Positions 37,623 through 53,164 of a DNA stretch of 64,000 nt are shown piece by piece; position 1 is the first letter of the stretch; every line of letters begins with the position of its first letter. The notes under the pieces were generated by a model. That model was not told the origin of the DNA. It saw only the letters and a list, made by a program, of their open reading frames with translations, and did not search any database. The stretch lies in the NCBI GenBank assembly GCA_001949185.1, contig BDGG01000002.1, positions 5,322,448 through 5,386,447 of the forward strand, written 5' to 3'. This stretch comes from Ramazzottius varieornatus (lineage: Eukaryota > Animalia > Tardigrada). The position numbers and the translations under genes were made by a program.

Positions 37623-40600
37623 TGCGCTGTAACATCGATCTTCTCACGTACGTCAGCGTAAAATGTACTTTGTCTACGTAGCACGCCTCGCATCGAGCAG
37701 GAATCCTACAGAATGGAAGTGAAGAAGCAGTCGCTCGTAGACGACGAGTCTTGCGAACAAAGAAACGCGTCTGCCTTGGTAGAAAATGCTCGGATCCAGC
37801 CGAGACACTGTCGCATCTCAGAAAATCAATCGATGGCAGCGGGACGGCAGTTCTTGGTAACCAAGACCTCATCGTCTACGAACGTCACTGAGAAATGTAG
37901 TTGTCATGAGTTGCTGGTTGAAGAAAGCGAATACGTTGCACATGTAATTACATGAGCTCAAAAATATGATAGACTCGTCAGCCTAATTCTTGGAGAACGT
38001 GGTACGCACTTCGAACATCTTCGGTTCTTGCATTGCAAGGAACACCTTAGAGCCTATGTATACAGTCAGCTTGACAGAAAATGGCTGCCATCTGCGCAAA
38101 GACATTTCATTCTTTGAGACATGTCGATGTTCACCGAGTAAGCGTCTTCTGTTCGACAGGGGAAGGAAGTTCGGCGCGGCTTTCTCGGGGTCTCATGTCT
38201 GCGGCGTTCAATACTGTCGAAAGGCAACACTGTAACATGTTTTTCAAACCACGCAGTCGATACCGTATTATTAAAAGTTGCCCGGGCTCGTTCTAGAGTT
38301 CCGCATGGTTGCTCGCTTCATAATTTGTCTCTAGTGAAACATTCACCTCTTCAACCGTGCAGATGCTGGTGCCAAACAAGACCGAACATCTTGTAACATG
38401 CTGTGGCTTCCCGCTACGAGCGCATATTCTGGTCCCTCGGGACGATTTTCAAGGAAAGTCTTCACCGAAACTCAAACGCATATTGTACACAACAGTTTCA
38501 CGAGTCAGACATACACTGCAAGTCCACCAGACATCGTTCCTGGAACAGTTCTATAAGCTATCGTCTCCTGTAGTACCTGATACAACCACTTAAGGCTAAT
38601 GCGGGCTCCTGCCAGAAGTCCAAGTCTTAGAACCAAGTCAGGAACCTGGGTACACATGACGCATTGCGCCTGTTATGCAATCAACAAATATATGGATCGT
38701 GTGGGCCCATTCCGAAGACTGGTCGAACCTTGACATAACACAGAAAACGCACAGATAATGCACTTCACACCGAATAATGCATGGAGGGATGAGCCTTCCC
38801 GTCCGTTCATCGCTTGCAGGCACTGCGAGGAGGACCAAGGCAGATAACACAAACGCAGGTGTCCAGGGAATCGACTCTATAGTCTGGAGAATGGCATATA
38901 CTGTAATACCGAACCAAGCGCAAGTTGTCGTGTCGAGCCTTCTTGACCTCGGGCATGGTACGTTCACACCGACCAGATGTGGCGAGCTATTACTACCTAC
39001 TTCTTGGAAAATCCTGCAGAATGGAAAGTTAGGATTTGGAATCTTACCTCAGATACTGGCAAATCCGACGTCGCGACTTCCGGGCAGCCTTACATGTCCA
39101 TAGGTAGTCCTCCTCCTTCCTGGCGATACGTACCTAGTTTCCTTTCATCGTCCATCCACCTTATATCCGGCACAAGATTGGAATAACTATCAACAGTGAC
39201 ACCTAAATTCTTCGTCCCATAAACATCAACTAAACAGGAGCAAACTGAAAACTCAGAAAAACTTGAATCCAGTTTCTGGTAATCCACTAATCCGGTTTGT
39301 GAATAACTGTCCTGGTGTGGGAGCTGTAATCAGTTTGCGGTAAACTCGATCGAGCCTTTCGTATAGCCCTAATCAACAAATCAATGCCTATTCCACAATT
39401 ATTGGAATGGAGTGAGTCATGTCCAACCTGGAGCGCTCAGCGGTGGACGGGTGATTTACTCAGCGGCTAAGCCCTAATATCCAAGATTACGGAACTGTCA
39501 CTTACGACCTGACAAGAACCGGTACAACAGGGAAACTTTATTATCAGTGCGCAAATCTTACCTTTCGAACAGGAGACCCGGTGTTCGAACGACATTCCAA
39601 ACGGAATTTTTATATGAAAAATATCGATTGACTGATTGGGCTGCACTTGATGTTGCGAAGCCGTTTTGTGTTTTGGATAATTCCCTGAGTAAATCTCCCG
39701 TCCATCGCTGGTAGCGCTCTGCGCTTCTACCAAATTTCACGTTTCTTTACCAGATTTTCATCGACATCTCCCAATACTGCAGCACGAAGTGGGTCGTGGG
39801 ACCGAAGTCTAATCCCCGAGACAGAATCCGAGGAGGATGGCGTTCAGACACGGAAACGGCGTGGATCGGGATGACCGTGTCACCGTAGGAAACTTCTAAC
39901 GAGGCGTGACAGCCACTTATCGCTTGTACATTACCCGTTGTTTCAAGCTGTTTCGGTTCCAGGTTATGCCTTCTGTCACGATGAGGAAGATGGACCATGC
40001 TTGTCGTATTCAGGGACTTACGTTGCTGATCAGGAACTCCTTCCGCGAGCGTTCAAATCTCTGCCAAAGCAGCTGAGAATGCAGGATAAAGAGGGTTGTT
40101 TTGTTCATAAATGCGAAAAATTGCTTCTCAATTAACGCCCTGCTCTAGACGAACACCTATCAACCTGCTATTCTGTCTGAAACGTTTAGGGATGGTAAAG
40201 CACGGCTAAAGCGTCTTTGCGGGTCTGTCATTCCTGGAGAATACCATCTTTGGACCAGTGGCCGGAAATGTTGTGCAGAACAGATGACTCCACTTCCGGT
40301 TCACCCGCGGTTTCGGCATCGTTTACAGCACCGATGTCGTACTCTGTTATTTTCTCAAATCTGACCACCACTCCAACTGGATCTAGTTCATGCGATTTTC
40401 CGACGAGGAAAATATGGCAAACATGATGGGCAGTTGGTGTACTTCGTCACTGCGAAGGGACTGGTGAGGAACCGTGCGTTGGATATTCCCCACAGGTAGG
40501 CATATTCACTTCATTAATTCTATTCGTTACATGTTTGATTCATCCTGTGGTTTGCTCAAATGATGCAAAAGATGCTCAAATGATGTAAAAGATGTCGTCA

Positions 40601-40895
40601 GATACCGAGATAAGATCGACGAACAAAGTAAATGAGGAAGTAAATAGCCCATCGAAAGTGGCGTACCCAAAGAGCCGAAAGCGAGACGTTCGCATATCTC
40701 ATTCGCCAGAAATTCCCCTCCTGCGTGAAAGACACAAGTATTCCGCTCGCTAAGACTTGTCTCCTACCACTGCATGCCCTTGTACATGCCAACCTGCGGC
40801 GAGACGTTACACATAATGTAAGAAAGTGAATAGATTTCGGTATCTCGTGCTGTGTCCTCACATATACCGTAGCTCATGTGGTCGCTATATTTCAG

Positions 40896-41090
40896 CATTC
40901 CAGAGACAAAGAAAAGTTCGGCTGTCCGATCTGCCAACGTGCAACTTCGTCTTCATATTGCGGAAGCCTACGTTCTAACGGCAGTTATCTTTGCCAGCTT
41001 TGCCCGCTGAAATGCCGGAATGGACCTCGATACTCCAATATATTCGAGAAGACCATCGACACCACTACCTGTCGCAGCTTGCCGGGTTAC
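40896..41090 (+). pseudogene. Possible degenerate C2H2 zinc-finger gene fragment
   Basis: FGCPICQR and YLCQLCP in one frame; LRLHIAEA and ILQYIREDH in shifted frames. Confidence 0.3.
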
Positions 41091-41188
41091 GAGACCGCCA
41101 TCTCTAACAACGAATCACTGCTCAGCGAATCCTTATGTAGCAGCTCTAACGTGATAAGGGTGATACGGGACGTCAGCAATTGAACTGA

Positions 41189-41268
41189 ACTAGATCGTTA
41201 TCTCAGGTGGCGCACATTTTAATTGTTAATGGTCGAAAGCGTGCGCCACTTGGAAATGCTGATCTAGT
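41189..41268. mobile_element. ~75-bp palindromic element family, near-consensus copy
   Basis: actagatcgttatctcaggtggcgcac-attttaattgttaatggtcgaaag-cgtgcgccacttggaaatgctgatctagt. Confidence 0.8.
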
Positions 41269-41929
41269 CCAATGCATTTACCAGTATGTGAGCCCTCAGT
41301 TATCTGATATTGGATGTATCGAAATATAACTGCGTACAAACCATGTTCAATCGTTTGTTGGACTGTGATGTGTGAGGCAAGAAATTCAAGTCCAGAGGAA
41401 ACCTGACTTGTCACAAGCAGATGCACGTAAGGAAGCCGAAAAGAGCTTTCGGAAAAAGAGAACTGTGGGAGAAGGATCTCTAACAGTTACTTTGAGCTTT
41501 GAAACCGCACAAGAATTCTTCAAACGTTCTGAGTGTAATACCGCAGGAAACGATGGCAGATCATCTCTGTGGGATGAAGTAGCTGCTCAAGTATCGATAA
41601 TGCAGATTTCGCTTTTACAAAGATGTAGGTCCGAAAATTTGTGTGTTTTCATGGGTTCCCGTATCCGTGAAGTCTGGAGCCAACATTTGGTTTCTTGCTC
41701 ACATGGGGAAAGATCGCTCGGACTGCTCTCAAAAGCGCTTGGAATAAATACAAGCTAGAATGAAGTTGCATACAGTACAGTAGAACGATACCATTGCGTG
41801 GGTGCATCTTTATAGACATAAAGGCAAGATCGAAAACACCTACAAGGAAGTGTTCGCGTGCGGAGGGATAGTGACCAAAAACTTTGTGTACATTTTCATA
41901 AAACCAGATTATCTCAGAAATAAACCAAT

Positions 41930-42083
41930 ACTTCAAAATCCCGATCATTTCGGGCAGAATTTGACTGTGCGTGCGTTTGTACCCTAGGGCATAGGAGGGC
42001 ATACGGTAAATAATATCTATGCCCTAGGGTACAAATTCACACACGTAGTCAAATTCTGTTCGAAATGATAGGGATTTTAAAGT
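41930..42083. repeat. Inverted repeat (~65-bp arms) immediately 3' of the NR4A stop codon
   Basis: aaaatcccgatcatttcgggcagaatttgact..tttgtaccctagggcatag versus ctatgccctagggtacaaa..agtcaaattctgttcgaaatgatagggatttt. Confidence 0.85.
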
Positions 42084-42086
42084 TGT

Positions 42087-44942
42087 TCAAATAGTCTCGG
42101 GTGTTCGAATGTATCGTAGAAGGGAACTGGGAAATTTAACCGAGGAACCTTGGGACTGCAAATAGCCGCCGATGCGAAGTCGAGTATTTTGCCCCGCAGT
42201 ACGGCAATCCTGGAGTATCTCCATAATACGGGGAAACCAGTTGTGCATACTTTGAGCAGTCTGAATTGCATGTTCACGCAGAACATTGAGAACTTTGGTT
42301 TGCATATTGAGGACGGGTGCATTATTGGTGAGCGGAGGACGATCTACAGAAAACCAAGCGGTTATTAGGAAAATATAGTGTGAAGTGGGTGATGATTTGG
42401 GAAGTCGGCATCCAGCCAAATCGTTTCCTCAAGTGGCGCACGCTTTCGGCCGACGACAACGAGAACGTGCGCCACTTGGGAAAAACGATGTACTGTAGGT
42501 GAATTTATTCGTCGACATCCCCTTTTTCGTTTGGAAAATGTTTGATGCGTACCCTGAAGAAGAATCAGGGCGCATAAGCAAGCAAAGCCGACTGTATCCA
42601 AGTCCAGACTTCGGAGTGATCGGGAAAGCTGTTGCAGCTCCAGGAGCCACGGATAACCCATGACGCGGATGACGAGTTCCCTGGGATAGGCCGCACCCGT
42701 ATACAAGCGGATGCAGTCTTCTCCAGCGGTACTGTTTGACGTGCTTTCGGTAAGTAGCCTGCAAGCACAAACGTGTACGTTCATTTGGTAATTGCATTGA
42801 CGTAAATGGCAGTGTGGGAGTTGCGCGTTACAGCCTGTAAAGGCGTCCACGACACACGTTGATGACTTAGAGGGATAAACAAGCTCGCTATGGCACCTGT
42901 AGGATAGGCGCAGTGAAATCATTTCCATGGCGGCACTCTGGATCAATACATCCCTGTCTTCCTGTGAGATCTCTAGACCGGCAATACAGTCCTTCCAAAC
43001 AGTTATAACATCCGCTGAATGCGTCAATGCATTCACAAATCGCTCCGTTTCATCATGGGGATTGCTAATTTTCATCGTGCTGCTCGCGCCCTGTAATTGT
43101 ACATAACCCTTGTCAGACCACATTTCAATCACACGGTTTTTCAAACCTCGTTTCCGAACGAGAACCGTTGTTGTGATCAGTTAGCCTGATGGGTGAAAAA
43201 TCTGACTTTTTACGCAGTATTTTGACCAACAACTACAAATCCTACCAAAACATTAATACAAATTCTATCACGTTCACCTGGTAGTCGGAATACGTAAATG
43301 CTTGACTTTCTTGATGAGCCCGCAAGAGAGTTCCGATAAGGTCTGTTTTTGTTGACGAAGTACTCCCCGAGCTGCTTCGGCGAGATGTGGTGCTTCCTCG
43401 GGTTATTGCGTCGCGATCGTTCGTATTCTTGGGCTTCGATGGTAGGCGACCTCTTCGTCCCTTCAGGCTGTCCGTACGAACCACTAAAGAAAATTTACCA
43501 GATTAATTTACTCGAAGGGGAAGGAATTCTCTCCACCATTCGATGTCTAGGTGGAAGTCGGATTAATTTACTTTGAGATCTAGAGATCTACTCTGACTTT
43601 ACGCAGCTTCCTCCGCTGTTTACCTTCTTTCACCATTCCCACGTTGAGACATTTCTGGAACCGGCAGAACTGGCAGCGGTTTCTACGCTTTTTGTCCACT
43701 ATGCAGTCCTTGTTCCCGAGACAAACATACTTCGAACCCTTCTGCACGGTTCTCTGCCAAAGTAAAACTACAATAGAATGGGTCCATTTGGGAACCATAT
43801 ATTTGGAACTCCATCGACGAACCTTGAAGAAACCCTTGCAGCCTTCGCACGTCCGAACTCCATAATGCTGACAAGCGGCGTGGTCGCCGCATACGGCGCA
43901 CACCTGCCCGGGAGTCAGTTCTGTGTTCTCGTGGGTTCGACCAAAAGTAGTGGGAGAGGATCGTGTACGGTGCAAAGCGTTGTGAGGAAGGGGCAAATTA
44001 TGTCCGAGGAAATTAAAGTGCGTGACAGGTTGGCCGGTATTGGATGGATAGTGGTACCCTGGGGAGATGACCGGACTGGAGATGGATCCGGCATCCGACG
44101 AACTGTCACTCACGTTGCCGGAAAGGGTCTGGTACTTTTGCAAGGTGCTCGTGGAGGTGCTGGCAAATACTTTTGATGGTATGGTATATTTCTTGAGGGA
44201 ATCATGTGACCAAGGTAGAGACAGGCGCTCCTCCGACGCTCCCTGGTATTCTCCCCCACTGGTACTTCGAAGTGGCAACAAGCTATCACCTGATCCAGAA
44301 GCGTGGGAACCTGTCGCAAAAGGTTGACATTATCAACAAGAGAAGCAATATCGCACTGCAGGAGGCAGGAAATAAAAACTATCGTATGAGTTTGAGTCAT
44401 CGGAAGCAGAAAATGAGTATACCTTTCCAAAAACTCTCTTGAAGGTGGGTTGTGAGCCCGGCGCCTACTGTACTACGAAATGACGACTGGGACCAAAAGT
44501 TTCTTTGCAGAGACGAAGTAGATGCATTGCTGCTATAAAGTTCTTGAAATGCCGGTGCGGTAGCTTGGTTGACGGGATGGTGGAAATAATCGAATGGGTC
44601 GGTGCGAGGTACCGGTGGTGCCGAATGTGGGGGAGTCACGTGGTGGTGGTGTGACCAGTTGGTTTCGCTCATCTCCGAAGTACTGGGCTCGATGGGGGAT
44701 TCGGCCATGCTGCTCATGCTGTCCATCAGATGGTCCGCATCCGACTCGTGTAGGACGGAAGTGGGCGTGGAGAACCCGTGACCGCTGTCGGCGGATGTGG
44801 CAGTCCCTGCGTACGACGAGCGACGGTACTCTCCACGGTTTGCCGGTACAAACGGAGACAAGGGGTGCGGCTGGTCGGAGTATGGGGGATGTTCCCAGTA
44901 AAAAGCATCGTTCGTTCCCGAAGCCGTACTGTACGAGCTCAT
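42087..44942 (-). CDS. NR4A: Nuclear receptor NR4A (Hr38/Nurr1/Nur77-like)
   Basis: [29 protein letters not shown]|[32 protein letters not shown]|[19 protein letters not shown]; [17 protein letters not shown] and [10 protein letters not shown]; last exon DRPPLT..LREH..TPETI*. Confidence 0.95.
42419..42489. mobile_element. ~75-bp palindromic element family (NR4A last intron)
   Basis: atcgtttcctcaagtggcgcacg-ctttcggccgacgacaacgagaa-cgtgcgccacttgggaaaaacgat. Confidence 0.8.
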
Positions 44943-47183
44943 CAGGTGACTTGGACGACCAACTCGATATGGGGAAGGCTACAATGGAAATAACCTCTGA
45001 CGTGTAGGGACGAAAAGCTTTAAGGGGTAGAGTCCCAGTGCTTCTCATTATTTATTTTCGATCAAAACAAATTCGAGAGAAATTTGGTGCGGGCTAAAAT
45101 AAATTCAAGTAAAAATTCAAGGGATTAATATTAAACTAGGTTCAGACACGCCCAAAAACAACTGGAAAAAGCAAGTGCGCTTGGAAAGCTGTTATTTAAA
45201 TTCGAAAGATGAAGGGAATCTTAAAAGTTAAAAAAAGCTCTGCCTTGGACAGTGCTGGATCTGATTTGAAGGGAGTGTCAAAATATTGCATTGGGTTAGT
45301 CAAATATTTTTGGGCCGCGACCACTCACTTCGAAAGCTAGCATGTTCCTTGCAGTCCGCGATGAATGTGACGACTGGCGGTGTGCGTGTGCTTCCGTAAC
45401 AGATTCCGCCGAATGACTAACTGGAGGAAACCACAAATTTCACGTATTCCGTAGAGGGTGAACCGTGCTTGCGTAAGAGGGGGGCTTCTGCTAATCCACG
45501 CCTCGTTGGGCAACGATCACAGCAGCATACAAACGCACAGAGCGCTTTTTCACAGAGCGAACGTTCAAAAAAAGCAGGAGACCAAAGAGCACTGAATCTG
45601 CGGCGGGACTCACCTGTTTGCTGGATAGGACTGGAAGTGGCCGGTCCAGGTGGCCTCGGCGCACGTGATCGTGTAGGGTCCAACTCTGCAGTTGTCGCAG
45701 CGCAAGAGCTGCGTATAGTTCGCGAGCCACTTTTTGCGGAACGTATGCTTAAACATATGAAGGCAGATGACTGATAAATATATATCCCGCAAGTGCCAGC
45801 CGTATGTACTGTAGTTCCACGCCAAATCGGATGGGACTGCGTTGTGTAAGGACGTTCAACACAACCCGATAGACAAAAGACACAAGAACCGATTCTGATC
45901 AAAGACTCCTGGCGGATTAACGGCTCATGAGATCACTGTCCTCGCGATCGTATTCAAGTGACGAACAATGGCAGATCATAAAGGTAACCTACGACGAATT
46001 TCGGTAAAAACTCCGTCGGGCTCCTTTATGCCCGAAGAGAAAATAGTAAACTGCGCCTGGTGTCGACGTCTGTGCCTTATAGTGAGGAACAAGTGGATGT
46101 CAATCGGAGAAGGAAGGAACGCGGGCTTTTTAAACAAATGCCTACGTCACTGGGACCCGGTAAGCGTCATTCACCGCCATCCATTGACGTGACTACACAC
46201 GTCCTTCTTTCTCGGCACTGGTGGGGTCCCTTCTGAGTAAGCTGATACGGAAGAACAAGAGCGGATCAGCACGCGGTCGGATCCGTTTTATCGGAGCTGT
46301 CTTGCGCACATTATCGTAGACCTAACAGGGAGGATTCTGATCGCTGATCGCTGATGCGGCCAACAACGTAGGTCGAGACATGTACGTACATTAAGTTTTC
46401 CCGGGCATGCAACAGCTTAAACATGCCGCATATCCGGACGTCGGCAGGATCGCTCGAACTGACAGGGATCCATGATTCATCGGTGGAAACGTAATCACGG
46501 TGAAACGCCCTTCGAATCCACCACACAGAAATCGATATCTGTACGACGGTTAATGGGCAAATTATGCCTGTCAGTGGTTTGTGAGGTCAGTCATTACCGT
46601 AAAATACGTTTGTACACAAATTATCAGCGTCACCACCTGAAATCTTGGACTTGAAAACAAAATATAGAATTCGATCCACCCAAAATCCGGCACGCGGATT
46701 TAAAATATGGAGGCTGGTCTTCTTGGCACTGTCGCACACAGAAAGGTCATCTCAACTTCTATTACAGCTTCGACGATACGGAAATTAAACAGTGCTGCAA
46801 AAGGTACCGGAAGCGATAGTTATCTCCGCAAAGCAGGAACTTCGCTGCGATATTCTGGCTTTAGAAGCTGTTGGCAAAGAAAACAGACCTTTATATTTAG
46901 CTGTAACGTACTTAGTTAAATAAACTTCAAGTTTATTCAGCGTTGAACTTGGGCGGCTACTTTGCATAAGCCTCCAAAACGTGCTAATTTCGTGGGCTAT
47001 ATTTGAACCTGTCTGACCTCTTCCATTAAGACGTGAGAAACCACTCGTGTTCGCTTTATCTTCTGGCTCCCGAAATAAACTCGGAAGCGCACGCTAGGCA
47101 TAAACGACCGGAAGTGATTTTTCATGTGATCGTCTGCTTGGTATTGGTTTCCTATACGGGAGAGCATGTGGTGTAATGCCTGG

Positions 47184-47191
47184 TGACGTGG
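47184..47191 (+). promoter_or_regulatory. UPRE consensus TGACGTGG upstream of DNAJB11
   Basis: Exact match to the XBP1-binding UPRE core; function not shown. Confidence 0.35.
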
Positions 47192-47555
47192 TGTGTAAAT
47201 ATATCTGTTCTTAGCCGCTGAACATAGACATCTTTATTCGCCAAAATTACTGTTAGCTCGGAGCTCGTCGTGAATAGAAGTGATTGAGCACCTGGAAGAT
47301 TCGGATATTAATGATCTCTGTCGGCGCACGGTGTTAGCCAACAACAAAGAGCTACAGTCGAAGAAGCCATAATATGATAAGTCATGTTGTAAGAGTTATG
47401 GATCTTTTCTGCATAGAGAAATTTTAAGTTGACAGAGGGAAGGAAGCGGGACGAACTTTTAGAAATCACTAACTTATGGTATCGTTCCTGAAGAGAAGAA
47501 GCGAATATAGGTCAATTGTAATCCGCGGCTCTGCATTCTAGGCGGCGCCAAATTG

Positions 47556-47574
47556 CCAATCACATACGGCCACA
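47556..47574 (+). promoter_or_regulatory. ER stress response element (CCAAT-N9-CCACA) upstream of DNAJB11
   Basis: ccaat-cacatacgg-ccaca with exact 9-nt spacing, ~0.8 kb upstream of an ER co-chaperone ATG. Confidence 0.5.
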
Positions 47575-48391
47575 TCAGCCCGGGACCCAGGGTGCTAACT
47601 GCTGGGCACTACGGCGCAGTTTCAAAACACACGGTAAACTGGCTACGTTCACTCGGACAGTTCTTCGCGGGACAAGTCGGTACGAATAAGACATCCAATT
47701 TATTCATATTTCGATCATTGGACGGGAATGGTTTCGCGAGGAGCTGCGGCCAAGAAAAAGCACCAACACACAAACTGGGCGGACTGTGACAGACACGGCA
47801 AGGCGCACCATAGCCCCTCTGGTGCTCCGTAGAGTCAAACTGCATACATTTGCGTTTCTCATTTTGATGAGCTGTCATTTTTCTCGACACCGCCACACTT
47901 CAGGGAAACGGGACGACTGCTTGTTGGATAAGTCCATTGTCCTTCCTCAGTGGAGAATTTTTGGACGGTGGTGGGGTTTGGTGTAAGACGTTATTGGAGG
48001 AGGAAATCGTTACGGAGGCTGTTCAACACCGCTGCTGGCTTACCTGCTTGAAGCTTCCGTTCTGACGTCCGCAGCGAATAAGTCCATCTCCTCTTCCGAA
48101 ACACCGTCGCATGAACACCATAAAAGGTGGGATGACAAGGAAAGCAAACTGTCCGTTATTATTCGATCCATAAAAGCAGTTCATCCTTTTCGCAGGTAAG
48201 CGCTCGACTCTTGCACGGGCCACGTACTGTATTCGTACTATATACTAGCTGTAGCATCAGTCTTCTTCCTCACTCGATTGCGTTGCTCGCACTCGCTTAC
48301 AGGAGGTTGAGATCTTCCTCTTTTTCTTCAGGTTCCGAGGTCCGAGGTACGGCTAAAGTCGGTGAGGACCAGGGACGGATTCGTAGTAATC

Positions 48392-50043
48392 ATGAGGATA
48401 CCTTCGCATGTTTCCGTTTGCCTTATATGTCTCGTCTACTGCATAGCAGACTGCTTGTCGGGGTAAGAGCAAGATCATCCGATCATCCCATTATCCCAAC
48501 GCAGTCGTCTTCAGCGACATCAGGGTTACAGATCGCTGTCGTTCTTGGGAACGCTGGAGTGTGCTTGTCGTCTGACCGCCGTATATCCTCTTGGTCTTTC
48601 GTAGGAGGGATTTTTACAAGATTTTGGGCGTGTCGAAAAATGCGAATGTGAACCAGATCAAGAAAGCCTACCGCAAACTTGCTAAAGATCTGCATCCGGA
48701 CAAGAATAAGGGCGACGCTAAGGCCCAGGAAAAATTCCAAGATCTCGGAGCAGCTTACGAGGTTCGTATAATGTGCGCTGTTTAGTACCGTTCTCTTCCT
48801 GTCCTCAAACTACCATACAAAGTATCTTCGTATATCAAATGCTCAATCAAGACAGTATCTGCAGGTTCTTTCGGACACAGAAAAGAGAGAGAAGTACGAC
48901 AAATTTGGAGAAGAAGGCATGAAGCAGAATGAAATGCACGGAGATCCATTTTCCAGGTACAGGCTCCATCCTAAAGCATTTGGGTAGCAGTCGCGAAACC
49001 CGCACCTCCTATTCGGAATATGATGATTATGTCTTTGTGGACAGCTTTTTCGGGGACTTTGGCTTTTTCGGCGGCGGTGGAAACGCCCGTGGACAGCAGG
49101 AAACGCCCAAAGGAGCAGACGTTACGATCGACCTGGAGGTTACTCTCGAAGAACTTTACTCGGGAAACTTTGTCGAGGTAAAGCGTTAACGAAACAAACC
49201 GTAAATCAGTCTGACTGATGTTTTTCCGTTTTCACTTAGGTTGTGAGGAATAAGCCCGTAGCCAGGCCGGCAAGCGGAACCCGAAAGTGCAACTGTCGTC
49301 AAGAAATGGTTACACATCAGATGGGACCAGGACGATTCCAAATGACTCAAAATACTGTTTGTGATCAATGTCCGAACATTCAGTAAGTTCCTCTTCGAAC
49401 ATCCCAGCAGAAAGATTCTTAGCCAAGTTTGTTTTAGATATGTTACCGAGGAAAAGTTGCTGGAGATAGAAATCGAAGCAGGGATGCAGGATGGCCAGAA
49501 GCATACATTTGTGGCTGAAGGCGAACCTCACATGGACGGAGAACCCGGTGATCTCATCGTCAGGATAGTGACGAAGCCGCATCCGGTGTTCGAAAGACGC
49601 GGCAACGACCTGTACTGTAATGTATCCATATCGCTTCAAGAAGCTCTAACGGGATTCGAAATGCAGCTGAAGCACCTCGATGGACATTTTGTACGTATAG
49701 AACTTCATTCCCCACTGTCATCTTTCTACAGCATTTCTGTGGTTGATTTCAGGTGCCAGTTTCAAGGGAAACAACGACGTGGCCAGGTGCTCGTATAAAG
49801 AAAAAGGACCAGGGGATGCCGAATTATGAGAATAATGATCAGTTTGGCACTCTCTTCATCACTTTTGATGTCCACTTTCCTAAAGAAGCTTTTAGCAGCG
49901 AGGATAAAGAAAGTAAGTAGAAAAGTTGCCCTGTTTTGCTGACGAACGCTCACGATGACTTCGTTCTTCTTCCAGCTTTGAAAAGGATCCTGAAGCAAGA
50001 TAGCGTCAAGCCAAAGGTTTACAATGGTCTACGTGGTTTCTAG
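48392..50043 (+). CDS. DNAJB11: DnaJ homolog subfamily B member 11 (ERdj3)
   Basis: Signal peptide [24 protein letters not shown]|[12 protein letters not shown] motif, [45 protein letters not shown]-terminus KVYNGLRGF*. Confidence 0.97.
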
Positions 50044-50456
50044 GCTCTTTCATTTGTTTCTGAAGAGATTCACTTTGCCTTGTTAATATTTATTTCGAAT
50101 TTGTTGTTTGAGTTAATGAATTTTGCACTAAGGGCGTTTTTTACAGTAATTTTGATCGACAGTTTTCTCAATGAACATCTTCATTCATTCACTACCGTAC
50201 TGCACCATAAGCCTTTCACTGTAAGAGCTACTTGTGGCTCGAGAAAAATGTGAACCACCGGAGCAGAAAGAAAGGACATTTAAATTGAGAGGTACAAATG
50301 TGACAAAGTAAAGATCTTCAGAGTACCACTAGAGAAAGCAAAAACTCAAACGAACCGGAAGTTGACCATCCACCCTATAAAAGTTCTCAAAAGTACTAAT
50401 CAAGTAAAAATCGGACCGGTAATGCGAACAATCAAACGCCCTTAACTCAGGCCCCT

Positions 50457-53164
<2,708 letters not shown>

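Noticed and set aside
42077-42322. ORF 42077-42322 as the NR4A last exon
   Set aside because: Splice phase and similarity to NR4A helices 9-10 support the overlapping frame ending at 42087.
47950-47970. Sm-site-like AATTTTTGG (snRNA or SL RNA)
   Set aside because: The flanks do not resemble any U snRNA or spliced leader I can recognise.
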